Shown here: positions 55,431 to 64,000 of the stretch, piece after piece
How the letters are laid out: every line of letters starts with the position of its first letter
Position numbering within the stretch: the stretch's first letter is position 1
Assembly (NCBI GenBank): GCA_913061055.1
Contig: CAJXVA010000004.1
Span: 505-64,504, forward strand
Origin: an uncultured Pseudomonadota bacterium
Lineage (GTDB): Bacteria; Myxococcota_A; Polyangia; Nannocystales; Nannocystaceae
Direction of reading: 5' to 3'
DNA length: 64,000 nucleotides
Notes under the pieces: generated by a model
The model's input: the letters and a program-made list of their open reading frames with translations, nothing else
What the model was told of the DNA's origin: nothing
The model's database searches: none
Translations under genes and position numbers: made by a program

Positions 55431-56815
55431 CGCGTGAACACTCCCATCTGCGTTGGCGCACCAACCTCAGGGTCCAGCGGGCCGATCGGCTCGAAGTCGA
55501 CGGCATACCCGTGTCGGTCCGCGACCCCCTGCGCCCACGACTCGAACTGCCCCCGCGTCCATTCGAACCGATGGTCGCGATGACGCATCTTGCCGGCTGG
55601 GAGCGTCTCGAATCGGACGTTGTACTCGACATTGGGGGTCGTCACGACGACGCACTCCGGACGGGCCGCCACGAACAGCGAATCTTCGAAGGCCGCCAGA
55701 CGAGTTGGGTCGATGTGCTCGATGACCTCGACTGCGCACGCTCCGTCGAATCCGGAGAGCCGCTTGTCACGGTAGGTGAGCGAGCCCTGAAACAGGGCCA
55801 CACGAGCTTTCTGCCGTTCGCTGAACTCGTCGACGCGCAGCCTGCTCATCGCTCGCTCCAGCGAGGTGACGGACACGTCCATCCCCACGATCCGCTCAAA
55901 GTCCTTGTCCCGCACGAGTTCTCTGAGGAGTTTCCCATCCCCGCACCCCACGTCGACGACCCGCCGGACGCCGTTGCGGCGGAGCGCCGACATCACCGCC
56001 TCCATCCGTTGCTGATAGAGAGAGAGCTTCTTTTCGAGTTGCTCCTCTTCGCGAATGCTCGTGTCCTCGACAACCTCGGGCTCATCCTCGTCTGAAAGGC
56101 GTTCGAGCGCCTCCCGAGCCAAAGAGCGCTGGTGCTTGAGGTATCGCTGCGCGATCTGTTCTCGCTCGGGGTGCGTTGCGAGCCACCCCTCCCCACGCAT
56201 CAGGAGTTTGTCGATTTCTTCTCGCCCGACCCAGTAGTGTTTGCTGTCGTCGAGCACGGGGATGAGGACCGTCAGGTGGCGGAGGAGTTCCTGGAGTCGC
56301 ACGGTCGCTCGAAGCCCGACCGTGCAGTAGATGCTCCGTCCCCACTCCCGGAAGTCCGGGTCCAGTTCGTGATGCTCGACATCGACCGAATAGCCCAGCG
56401 GCTCGAACAACGCGCGAAGCAGCGCCTCCCCCCCACGAACCGGAAGCACCGCGATGCGAGCCTCCAGCGGGATGGGTTGGGCGGCGAGTTCTGGACGCTC
56501 CTTGCACTTGCCCCCGAGTGCCTGCCCAAAGATGCGTCCGAGCGCGACGCTCAAGAGCGACGACGCCACGTACGGTCGGTCGTTGGTGTACTGCGAGAGG
56601 GCAAAGGCCACATCACCCCGGGGGCGGCGAACCAGGCCCACCGGATCCACATCGAGCAGGAGTGCTGCGGTGCACCGCTCCTCGCTCGCCGCGGGATAGT
56701 AGACGTGGCCCTTCCCAAAGGAGAGCTCGAAGCTTTGGGTGCGGGACGGGTTCTTCCCAAGCAGATAGCCAAGGTCCGTTGCGGGCGAGTGAGTCGTGGT
56801 GATCGTCAGGAGCAC
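55427..56815 (-). CDS. hen1: 3-prime terminal RNA ribose 2-O-methyltransferase Hen1
   Basis: GTG at 56813-56815 gives (M)LLTITTTHSPATDLGYLLGKNP, the typical bacterial Hen1 N-terminus. C-terminal SAM motif VVDVGCGDGKLL. ATGA overlap with pnkp. Confidence 0.85.
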   Translation of the reverse strand: MLLTITTTHSPATDLGYLLGKNPSRTQSFELSFGKGHVYYPAASEERCTAALLLDVDPVGLVRRPRGDVAFALSQYTNDRPYVASSLLSVALGRIFGQALGGKCKERPELAAQPIPLEARIAVLPVRGGEALLRALFEPLGYSVDVEHHELDPDFREWGRSIYCTVGLRATVRLQELLRHLTVLIPVLDDSKHYWVGREEIDKLLMRGEGWLATHPEREQIAQRYLKHQRSLAREALERLSDEDEPEVVEDTSIREEEQLEKKLSLYQQRMEAVMSALRRNGVRRVVDVGCGDGKLLRELVRDKDFERIVGMDVSVTSLERAMSRLRVDEFSERQKARVALFQGSLTYRDKRLSGFDGACAVEVIEHIDPTRLAAFEDSLFVAARPECVVVTTPNVEYNVRFETLPAGKMRHRDHRFEWTRGQFESWAQGVADRHGYAVDFEPIGPLDPEVGAPTQMGVFTR

Positions 56816-57055
56816 AGCGGTCTCGGGGCGAATCTTGTCAGGTTTCTTTCCGTCGGTCCTCTCAACCGGCCGACGGGAGGCGGGGGCGAGAGGGGCGAGG
56901 GCGTGTCGCGACGCTCTCATCACAGGTCCCGGTGGCCGGGCCGGACGCCGGTCGCTCCCTCGACCGTCCGCGATCGAGGACACCGGCCCGCGCGACCTGT
57001 CCTTTCGCCGCCTTCGAACAGGCCAAGTGCAATGCACATCCCGTAGCCTGCCGTC

Positions 57056-58846
57056 ATGCTCCGAAGGATTCGAAAGCTGGGCAGGTCGCCCCTAGGGCTC
57101 GGGCTTTTCTTGCTCGCATGCGACAGCTCCGTCGCGAACGTCGACGACGGTGGCACGACCGCAGAAACCGCAACCGACGACTCGGGCGGTCCGGACGCGT
57201 CGAGTACGTCAACCACGCAACCCCCCGTCGCGGAGTCGAGCGAGTCGGGACCGCCAGAGTTTCTGTGTACTCCCGGTGAGGTCCGATGCAGCTCCGAGAC
57301 CACGCTCGAGTCCTGTGATGCTGAGGGGTCGATATGGACCGAGAACGCATGCCCTGCGGGGACATCGTGCATCCCGTGCGAGGACGATTCGTGTGAGCAG
57401 GACGCGTGCCTGGGACCCTGCGACCCGGGTGCACCCGACTCGTCGTCCGGGTGTTCGTTTCTTGTCGCGCGCCAGATGGGACTGAGTGAGATCCTGGGCC
57501 CGGAGATCGACATCCCGCTGGAGGACTGGCCGCAGGATGGACTGCTGCTGCTCAACCCCAGCGAGACGGCCTCAGCGAACGTCGAGTTGTTTGAGCTGGA
57601 GTTCGGCAACACCACGCCGGAGGCCCCCAGCCAGACGGTGATCCTACCCCCCGGAGGCGCGGAGCTGATTCCGGTCGGTGTCCCGCTCCCGCTGGGCGAG
57701 ATCACGACCCTGCGCATTGGCGCGATGACCTGGGTGAACAGCGATCGCCCGATCGTCGCCTACTCCTACAGCCCGATCGAGCCGTTCGTGGGCAACGACA
57801 GCTCGATGTTGCTCCCCGAGACCGCGCTCGGCCTGCACTACGTGGTGCCATCGTTTCCGCCGCACTACTTCCAGTTTCAAGGTGCCGGCACGCCGTCGTA
57901 CTTCGACGTCCTAGCGACCGAGCCCAAGACCACCGTGCGGTGGCTGGCCCAGTTCGCCGGGACGTTGGGCTCGGGCCTTCCGATCGACCCCGTGTCCGCG
58001 GGCGAGTGGTCCGACGACTACGTGGTGGAACGATTCGAGGGCATGCGGGTCATCACCTCGGGACAAGAGGCGGACCCCCACGACTGGGACGTGTCGGGCA
58101 TGGTCGTCGAAGCCTCGGCACCGATCTATGTCGTCGGAGGAAGTCGATGCAGCGCAGTGCCTGAGCTTGCCGCGCCCAACCGTGGCTGCGACCCGCTCAC
58201 CGAGGCACTCATCCCGCTCGAAGCCTGGGGCTCCTCCTATGTCGTGCCTCCTCCACCGCCGCGCCTGGACGAGGACCACCACTATCGTGTCTACGGGGGC
58301 GACGCCGGCATCACAGTCACAACAGATCCTCCGGGGCTGCCAGCCGACGACTACACCTTCGCCTCCCGAGGAGACTACGTGGACATGATCGTGCCGTTCG
58401 GGACGAGCTTCTCCGCGAGTGCGGACGGGCCGATCATGGTGGTGGGCTATCTCGCGTCGCGTGACCTGGCCGGAGGGATCGGCGACCCGGCGATGTACCA
58501 ACATGTCTCGTTCGAACAGGCAGACACACACTTCTCGATCGGGGCTCCCGCGAAGTGGGACACACAGTATGTCCAGGTCGCACGAGCGAACGGCGCCGCG
58601 GTCGTCGAACTGGATGGAGTACCGCTGGCCGACTGGTCTCCCGCCGGCGACGACTACAGGTTCACCATCGCGATCCTAGAGCCGGGCGTGCATGTGCTCG
58701 ACAGCGCGGATCCCTTCGTCGCGACGCAGTTCGCGTACAACAACAGCACCCAGAACGCCTGTGCGGGCTACGACAGCTCCAGCGACTGCCACACCTCGTA
58801 CGCACATCCGGTCGGAATGCGGGCCGAGCGGTTGTACGCTCCCTGA
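57056..58846 (+). CDS. lipoprotein with IgGFc-binding-protein N-terminal-like domain
   Basis: LFLLAC lipobox, Cys-rich EGF-like stretch, then a large beta domain with patterns typical of the IgGFc_binding family (YVVPS.., IYVVGG..C..VP, MVVGYL). Confidence 0.6.
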   Translation: MLRRIRKLGRSPLGLGLFLLACDSSVANVDDGGTTAETATDDSGGPDASSTSTTQPPVAESSESGPPEFLCTPGEVRCSSETTLESCDAEGSIWTENACPAGTSCIPCEDDSCEQDACLGPCDPGAPDSSSGCSFLVARQMGLSEILGPEIDIPLEDWPQDGLLLLNPSETASANVELFELEFGNTTPEAPSQTVILPPGGAELIPVGVPLPLGEITTLRIGAMTWVNSDRPIVAYSYSPIEPFVGNDSSMLLPETALGLHYVVPSFPPHYFQFQGAGTPSYFDVLATEPKTTVRWLAQFAGTLGSGLPIDPVSAGEWSDDYVVERFEGMRVITSGQEADPHDWDVSGMVVEASAPIYVVGGSRCSAVPELAAPNRGCDPLTEALIPLEAWGSSYVVPPPPPRLDEDHHYRVYGGDAGITVTTDPPGLPADDYTFASRGDYVDMIVPFGTSFSASADGPIMVVGYLASRDLAGGIGDPAMYQHVSFEQADTHFSIGAPAKWDTQYVQVARANGAAVVELDGVPLADWSPAGDDYRFTIAILEPGVHVLDSADPFVATQFAYNNSTQNACAGYDSSSDCHTSYAHPVGMRAERLYAP

Positions 58847-58878
58847 GCAGGCGGTGGGTAGGCTGCTAAGGTTGTGCG

Positions 58879-59769
58879 GTGAAGGTCCGGCATTTCGGTA
58901 CGGTGTGGCTCCTCCTCCTCGGGGCCTGCACGTCATTCGAGCCAAGCGGCACCGGTAGCTTCGGCACCGGGGACACGCCAACATCCGGCCCCGGAACGAC
59001 CACCGCGACCAACGGAACCGAGGAAAGTAGCGGCGGCTCGAGTTCGTCGACGGCCTCCTCGGCTGACGCCAGCACCAGCGGCACTTCCTCCGCGGGGACC
59101 GACTCCACGGGCAGCACCGGCACCAGCGGTCCGACCTCAGGGACCGCTGGAGCGGCGTGTGGCAACGGCCTTCCCGACGACGACGAAGAGTGCGACGACG
59201 GCAACGATGACGAGTTCGACGGTTGCACCTCGCAATGCACCATTCCCGTCTGCGACGACGGCGAACACAACGGAGACGAGACGGACCTCGACTGTGGCGG
59301 AAGCTGTCAGGCATGCGCGCTCTGCCAGGCCTGCCTGGACGAATCGGACTGCGAAGGCGAGATGGTGTGCGGCTCCGAGGCCCAGTGCGTGACCCAAGTC
59401 GAGATGACCGTCGACTGGGCCAACAACTGCGGCTCCTCAGGCCAGGGGGCAACGATTGAGGGGCTGGCAGCCGGAACCTATCGTGCCACCGCGAGCCAGA
59501 GCGCCGGCACGCTCTGGCTTCCGCCCCACAACCCGCCAACCACCGGCTACTTCTTCTTGGCCGAGTGCACCGGCGTGACGTTCGATGAGATGCGTACCCC
59601 CGACGGGATCCGCTACATCAACGCCAACACCGCCTTCTCCAACATGATCAGCGAAACCGAGACCTTCGACTATCTCGGTGGCGACCTCACCTGTTGGATC
59701 ACCGACGCCACCTGTGGCGACAACAACGGCAGCGTCGAGTTCTCACTCGAGAACGTCTGCGAGCGTTAG
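58879..59769 (+). CDS. lipoprotein with Myxococcus-type cysteine-rich repeat
   Basis: GTG start and LLLGAC lipobox. CGNGLPDDDEECDDGNDDEFDGCTSQC matches the myxococcal Cys-rich repeat. Confidence 0.7.
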   Translation: MKVRHFGTVWLLLLGACTSFEPSGTGSFGTGDTPTSGPGTTTATNGTEESSGGSSSSTASSADASTSGTSSAGTDSTGSTGTSGPTSGTAGAACGNGLPDDDEECDDGNDDEFDGCTSQCTIPVCDDGEHNGDETDLDCGGSCQACALCQACLDESDCEGEMVCGSEAQCVTQVEMTVDWANNCGSSGQGATIEGLAAGTYRATASQSAGTLWLPPHNPPTTGYFFLAECTGVTFDEMRTPDGIRYINANTAFSNMISETETFDYLGGDLTCWITDATCGDNNGSVEFSLENVCER

Positions 59770-59803
59770 CAAGTCGGCGTTTGGGCGCGTCGATGGACGG
59801 CCC

Positions 59804-60442
59804 CTAGCGGCGAGTCCCGGGCTCCGCGGGCGCGAGGCCGAGACCGGCTTTCTCCGCCCAAGAGTTGAGCGTGTGCCGGGTAGAGCCCAGCAGCTCCGCG
59901 TCCCCAGAGACCGTGCCCAATAGGGCGTCCAACTCGCTGCGAGCCTTCCGGAGCCGGCTCTTGACCGTGCCCACCGGAAGCTCGAGAACCTCGGAGAGCT
60001 CTTGGTCCGAGAGTGACTCCCAGTACGCGAGCTCGAGGAGGGTTTGTAGGTCGAGCGGCAACCGCTGGAGGCCGCGCAGGAGCAGGCGTTGTTCCTCCTG
60101 CTCCGCCATCGCGTCGGCCGGGGAGCGTTGCTCGACCATCATCACGTGGGTCGACGACGTCAGTGGGTCGAACCCCTTGGTGTGCTCGCGATAGTGGCGA
60201 TACAGGAGGTTGCGGGCGATGCCGAACAAGTACGCGCGAAAGCTCGCTCGCCCTTCGAAGCGATCCGCCGATTCGAGGCACGCGAGGAACGTCTGCTGCA
60301 CCAAGTCCTCGGTCGAGTCACGGACCTTGTTGGAGAAGAAGCGATGGACCGATTCGAGGTGGCGCGTCACGAGCGTCTGGCCGGCACTGGCCTCACCGCC
60401 TTGCCACGCCTGTAGAAGCTCACCGTCGGAGCTTCCGATCAT
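59804..60442 (-). CDS. ECF sigma factor
   Basis: Region 2 (DLVQQTFLACL, YLFGIARN) and region 4 (LSDQELSEVLELPVGTVKSRLRKAR). The ATG overlaps the kinase TGA. Confidence 0.85.
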   Translation of the reverse strand: MIGSSDGELLQAWQGGEASAGQTLVTRHLESVHRFFSNKVRDSTEDLVQQTFLACLESADRFEGRASFRAYLFGIARNLLYRHYREHTKGFDPLTSSTHVMMVEQRSPADAMAEQEEQRLLLRGLQRLPLDLQTLLELAYWESLSDQELSEVLELPVGTVKSRLRKARSELDALLGTVSGDAELLGSTRHTLNSWAEKAGLGLAPAEPGTRR

Positions 60443-62829
60443 TGGAGCTCCGGCCCCAGTTTGGCGAGTTCGGTCTCGACCGCCTCCACATCGGCCGCGA
60501 ACTCATCGCCGGCATCCGCGAGGATCACGAGCGCAGCCTGGTAGCCCGTTCGTGCCTCCGGCCAGTGTTCCCGCCCCCGCGCGTGCAGGATGTCGGCACG
60601 GATCCGGTGTCCCCGGGCGAGTTCGCCGCTGGAGGGACCCAGCTTGTCTTCCAAGATCTTCATCGAGAGGTCGGCGTACTGCAGTGCATCCTCGAAGCGT
60701 TCGAGGTCGCCGTACAGGATGGCAAGGTTGCCATAGGAGTACGCCAAATCCACACTCCCGGCAGGATAGGTCTTCTCGCGGATCTTCAGAGCGCGCTCCG
60801 CAAGCGGAAGAGCCTCCTCGAGACGCTCGAGAGTCCTCAAGACGCTGGCACGATTGTCGAGCAAAGCCGACACGGGGGCCGTGTCTGGCCCATAGCGCTC
60901 CTGCGCGAGGACGGTGCCCTCCTCGAAGGTCTCGAGGGCGCCTTCATAGTCTTCCCGCATGTACTGCGCCATGCCCCGGTAGGCGACCATGGTGGCCCGG
61001 ACCTCCGAGTCTGAGCGACCGGCGTCGATCTCCGCCTGCTCGGCGGCGCGGGCCAACCGCTCTTGCTCCTCGAACCGACCCTCGCGCTGGGCGAGGTTGA
61101 TCAGGCCCTGCGTGTAGACCCCCTTCGTGAGCGGATCGACACCGGCCCTCCCATAGGCTGCCTTTGCGTGCTCCGCCCACCGATAGCCGCCCTCGACGTC
61201 GTCGAACTTGGAGCCGACGAGGAACGCGAGGTTCGATGCTGCTGCGCCCGCCGCCTTCGGCAAGGATGCGTTCCGCGCCGCGAAGTAGGCCTCCTCGTAG
61301 ACCGCGCGCGCCTCGTCAAGCTCGGACGCGAGCATCAGGGCTCGGGCACGAAGCGAGGCCGCCTCGACGATCATCGGGTCGAAGCCGGTATCCCGAGCGG
61401 CGACGATCACCTCTTCGGAGTAGCGCAGGCTCTCGTCGATCTTCGCCGCGGAGGACAACGCCCGGAGCTTCGACAGCATGGGTTGTACCGCGGCGACACT
61501 CGCGAGCGCCGCGACAGGCGGCGCCGAACGTTCGTCGGAAGGAGCGGCACAGTCGGCGGGGTCACCAAGATCCAGCACGGCCTGGACTGCCGCGTCGTGG
61601 TCGGACCAGCCTTGTTGGCCATGGAGTTCGAGCAACGCCGCGGCGTCCGAGCGCCGCGCGTCGAAACACAGACGGATGTCGGTGTTCAGCGGCGCTCCTG
61701 CCAGACAGGCTTCGTGCTCCGCCAGCTTCCACGCCTCCGCATAGTCACGACCTGCGACCCGCACGTTCTCGTTGGCGCCCGCGCGGTCCAGCGCAGTCAC
61801 CCAGACCGAAGGGTCTGTCGTGCACGTGTCTTCCGACGACGATCCTCCCCACAACGCAACCCCCAGCCCAAGGGTGCCCAACGCGGCGACGGCGAGCGTC
61901 CAGCTGGAGCGAGGCCGAAGCGCGCGCTCGAGCGCATCGGCAAAGGCGTCCATGCTGCCGTAGCGACGATGAGGATCCTTGCTGAGGCCGCGAGCCAGCG
62001 TGCGGCGCAGGGCCCGACCTCCTGGGAGCGCAGCCGGTAGCTCGATCCCGCGTCGATGTCGGTCGCGAATCTCGTCGAGGCTCGAGCCCCGTACAGCGCG
62101 GCTCCCCGTCAGCCCTTCGAACAGGACCGCAGCGAGCGAGAACTGATCGGAGGCCGGACTCACCCGGCCCTCGAACCCCTCCGGGGCCAGGTAAGCCGGC
62201 GTCCCCACGCCCGCCCGGGTTTGGGCACTCTCCCCCACGCTCGAAGAGTCCCCCTCCGTCGTCGGCGACATCTGCGTCTTCGCCAACCCGAAGTCGACGA
62301 CGCGCAGCCTGCCATCGGTCGCGAGCAGCAGGTTGGCCGGCTTCACATCGCGGTGCACCACGCCAGCGGCATGGGCGGCCGCCAACCCGCGCGCCGCCTG
62401 AATGACGAGCTCGACCACGCGTCTCCAGGGCCTCGCCCTCGCCCGCAGCCAGACGTCGAGCGACTCGCCCTCGACGAGCTCCATCACCGTGTACGGCGCG
62501 CCCGACTTGGGGTCGAGACCGACCTCGAACACCTGCACCACATTGGGGTGCGAGAGCGTTGCCAGCGTGCGGGCCTCCTCGAGGACGCTGGCCGTCGCCT
62601 CGGGTCCGACCGAGCGCAGCTGTTTGATCGCGACCGGGCGGTCCAGCTCGAGATCGTGGGCAGCGACCACGACTCCGTACGAACCCGAGCCCAAGACCTT
62701 GCCGCGACGATAGCGTCCGACCAACGGCGCGTCCGCAACAACCATCGCAAGCACCCGGGACGCGATCGCATCCGCCTCGGCGCCCAGACGAGGACGCGCG
62801 GCGGACAGAGGATCGGGGGTACCGGACAT
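60439..62829 (-). CDS. Ser/Thr protein kinase with TM segment and TPR repeats
   Basis: ATG at 62827-62829. GSGSYGVV, AIK, HRDVKPANLL, DFGLA and APE motifs. TM helix (WTLAVAALGTLGLGVALW) and TPR tail. Confidence 0.9.
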   Translation of the reverse strand: MSGTPDPLSAARPRLGAEADAIASRVLAMVVADAPLVGRYRRGKVLGSGSYGVVVAAHDLELDRPVAIKQLRSVGPEATASVLEEARTLATLSHPNVVQVFEVGLDPKSGAPYTVMELVEGESLDVWLRARARPWRRVVELVIQAARGLAAAHAAGVVHRDVKPANLLLATDGRLRVVDFGLAKTQMSPTTEGDSSSVGESAQTRAGVGTPAYLAPEGFEGRVSPASDQFSLAAVLFEGLTGSRAVRGSSLDEIRDRHRRGIELPAALPGGRALRRTLARGLSKDPHRRYGSMDAFADALERALRPRSSWTLAVAALGTLGLGVALWGGSSSEDTCTTDPSVWVTALDRAGANENVRVAGRDYAEAWKLAEHEACLAGAPLNTDIRLCFDARRSDAAALLELHGQQGWSDHDAAVQAVLDLGDPADCAAPSDERSAPPVAALASVAAVQPMLSKLRALSSAAKIDESLRYSEEVIVAARDTGFDPMIVEAASLRARALMLASELDEARAVYEEAYFAARNASLPKAAGAAASNLAFLVGSKFDDVEGGYRWAEHAKAAYGRAGVDPLTKGVYTQGLINLAQREGRFEEQERLARAAEQAEIDAGRSDSEVRATMVAYRGMAQYMREDYEGALETFEEGTVLAQERYGPDTAPVSALLDNRASVLRTLERLEEALPLAERALKIREKTYPAGSVDLAYSYGNLAILYGDLERFEDALQYADLSMKILEDKLGPSSGELARGHRIRADILHARGREHWPEARTGYQAALVILADAGDEFAADVEAVETELAKLGPELQ

Positions 62830-62917
62830 GCGACCGTTCGATTCTACCCGGACAGTCGGAAAAATGATGTCCGCCCGGTCATTCTCGCGAGGCAGCCGCC
62901 CCGCGAGTGCGGGACTG

Positions 62918-63976
62918 CTACGCCGGGCCCGTGTTCCAAAGCGCGGTGTTGCCCCGATACACAACCAGGTTGCCGTCGTCTTGCAGGGTCAGGTGTGCTC
63001 CGGCGTTGCCGTGCGTGCCGATGTGCCAAATCGCGCTGCCATCGGTGCCGTACAGCACCAGGTTCCCGTCCTCCTGCATCACCAATCCCGAGGGGGACGT
63101 GCCGTGTGTTCCGGAGGTCCAAAGCGCCACGTAGTCGACGACACGAAGCACCATGTTGCCGTCGGTCTGCAGCTGCATCTGGAATCGCCCGTCGCACGAG
63201 TACATGATCTCTCCGGGTGCGAGGACCTCACCGGGGACGAGCATCCCGCATCCGGGCACCGGTGGTGGCGGGGGTGGGGGCGGCGGCGCATCGCCAGCCG
63301 GAGCCGGCGGAGCGGCGTCCCCCGCGGTCCGTTGCCAAGTCCCCATGAACGGGTACGGGTCGACCGCATCGCTGTTGCCCGGCGCCGCCTCGAAGTGAAG
63401 GTGCTCGACCGAGGTCCCGGTCGATCCCATCAGCGCGATGACCTGACCCTTCTGGACCCGCGTGACGCCCTCATCGGCCTTTCGAAACGGGGTCGATTCG
63501 ATGTGGCCGTAGTAGTAGCGCCAACCGCTGTCGCCGCGAATCGAGATGCTGTTTCCGGAGAACCCGGGGCTCTCCGCTGCCGTTCTCACGACCCGGATCG
63601 TCGCGTTCTCGACCGCCACCAGTGGGGCGTGGTTCTGTGCCGCGAAGCAGTCGAGACCCTCGTGCGTCCGCCCGTTGGGCCGAGGATCCCCAAACCCGTT
63701 GGAGCACGACTCGCCCAGCACATAACCCACGACCGGGAACGCGTTGTCGGCGGGCGGTGGAGCGTTGTTCTCACTGTGACCGGGCTCGTCTCCTGGGAAG
63801 GGGCCCTCCCCAGGAAACGTCTCCGGCTCATGCGGCTCTTCGGTCCCCGGCAAGTTGTCGTCTCCCTCCCAACTCTGGTCATCGAGCGCCTCGCCAGAGC
63901 CCTCTCCCTCGGCGCAGCCCGACAGCCCGCAAGCGACCGAGACCGCAATGAACGCCATTTTCCAGCTCCCGAACAT
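62918..63976 (-). CDS. lipoprotein: M23 metallopeptidase fused to bulb-type (B-) lectin domain
   Basis: LSGC lipobox. M23 motifs HEGLD and EHLHFE. Poly-Pro linker. Three QxDGNxVxY-type lectin subdomains: QTDGNMVL, QEDGNLVLY, QDDGNLVVY. Confidence 0.8.
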   Translation of the reverse strand: MFGSWKMAFIAVSVACGLSGCAEGEGSGEALDDQSWEGDDNLPGTEEPHEPETFPGEGPFPGDEPGHSENNAPPPADNAFPVVGYVLGESCSNGFGDPRPNGRTHEGLDCFAAQNHAPLVAVENATIRVVRTAAESPGFSGNSISIRGDSGWRYYYGHIESTPFRKADEGVTRVQKGQVIALMGSTGTSVEHLHFEAAPGNSDAVDPYPFMGTWQRTAGDAAPPAPAGDAPPPPPPPPPVPGCGMLVPGEVLAPGEIMYSCDGRFQMQLQTDGNMVLRVVDYVALWTSGTHGTSPSGLVMQEDGNLVLYGTDGSAIWHIGTHGNAGAHLTLQDDGNLVVYRGNTALWNTGPA

Positions 63977-64000
63977 GTGTTTCCCCGTGCTTTCGTTCTT

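Noticed and set aside
1-64000. tRNA, rRNA, known riboswitch, prophage or defence-island hallmarks (restriction enzymes, Cas, toxin-antitoxin pairs, integrases).
   Set aside because: Reading all intergenic gaps and ORF translations gave no cloverleaf-like sequence, no rRNA-like segment and no such protein motifs. Absence cannot be proven without covariance-model and HMM searches.

Overview
Visibly GC-rich (third codon positions mostly G/C), gene-dense chromosomal segment. I support about 55 protein-coding genes. I found no rRNA, tRNA, CRISPR array, transposase or integrase. The lineage signal points to Myxococcota, possibly a marine Nannocystineae-like genome, though that finer placement is a guess. 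Supporting evidence: a MYXO-CTERM sorting tail, a Myxococcus-type cysteine-rich repeat, two Ser/Thr kinases with TPR tails, a CsgA (C-factor)-like SDR, thrombospondin type-3 (TSP3) and MopE-like calcium/metal-binding repeat proteins, and about 17 predicted lipoproteins.

Recognisable functional blocks:
- ECF sigma / anti-sigma pair (4.5-5.8 kb).
- Secretome stretch with TSP3, OmpA and MopE-like proteins (5.8-16.1 kb).
- cysH-cysG (21.3-23.5 kb).
- ABC exporter (29.8-31.6 kb).
- FIST protein coupled to an HPt-type kinase (33.8-36.6 kb).
- Double-V4R protein, 100-aa orphan and PAS/HPt kinase (42.2-45.9 kb).
- Ada-AlkA / Ogt / DUF1272 alkylation-repair operon (47.8-50.1 kb).
- CMD protein with an ECF41-type sigma (51.5-52.9 kb).
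- Hen1-Pnkp RNA repair cassette (52.9-56.8 kb).
- M23-lectin, Ser/Thr kinase and ECF sigma string (59.8-64.0 kb).

Many neighbouring genes overlap by 4 bp (ATGA or GTGA), which supports the operon calls.

Most interesting observations:
- A Cys-rich lipoprotein split by a single in-frame TAA.
- Two paralogous CheW-less HPt kinases, each coupled to a stand-alone ligand-binding protein. One of these units includes an unrecognisable 100-aa protein.
- The Hen1-Pnkp cassette.
- A 722-aa compositionally atypical orphan.
- A duplicated terminator-like palindromic element bracketing a two-gene unit.
- A near-consensus promoter with a long structured leader.
- An M23 peptidase fused to a bulb-type lectin.

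Limits: all family calls come from motif recognition by eye, with no database search run. Start codons are often uncertain. The ORF-track coordinates include the stop codon, and I kept that convention.
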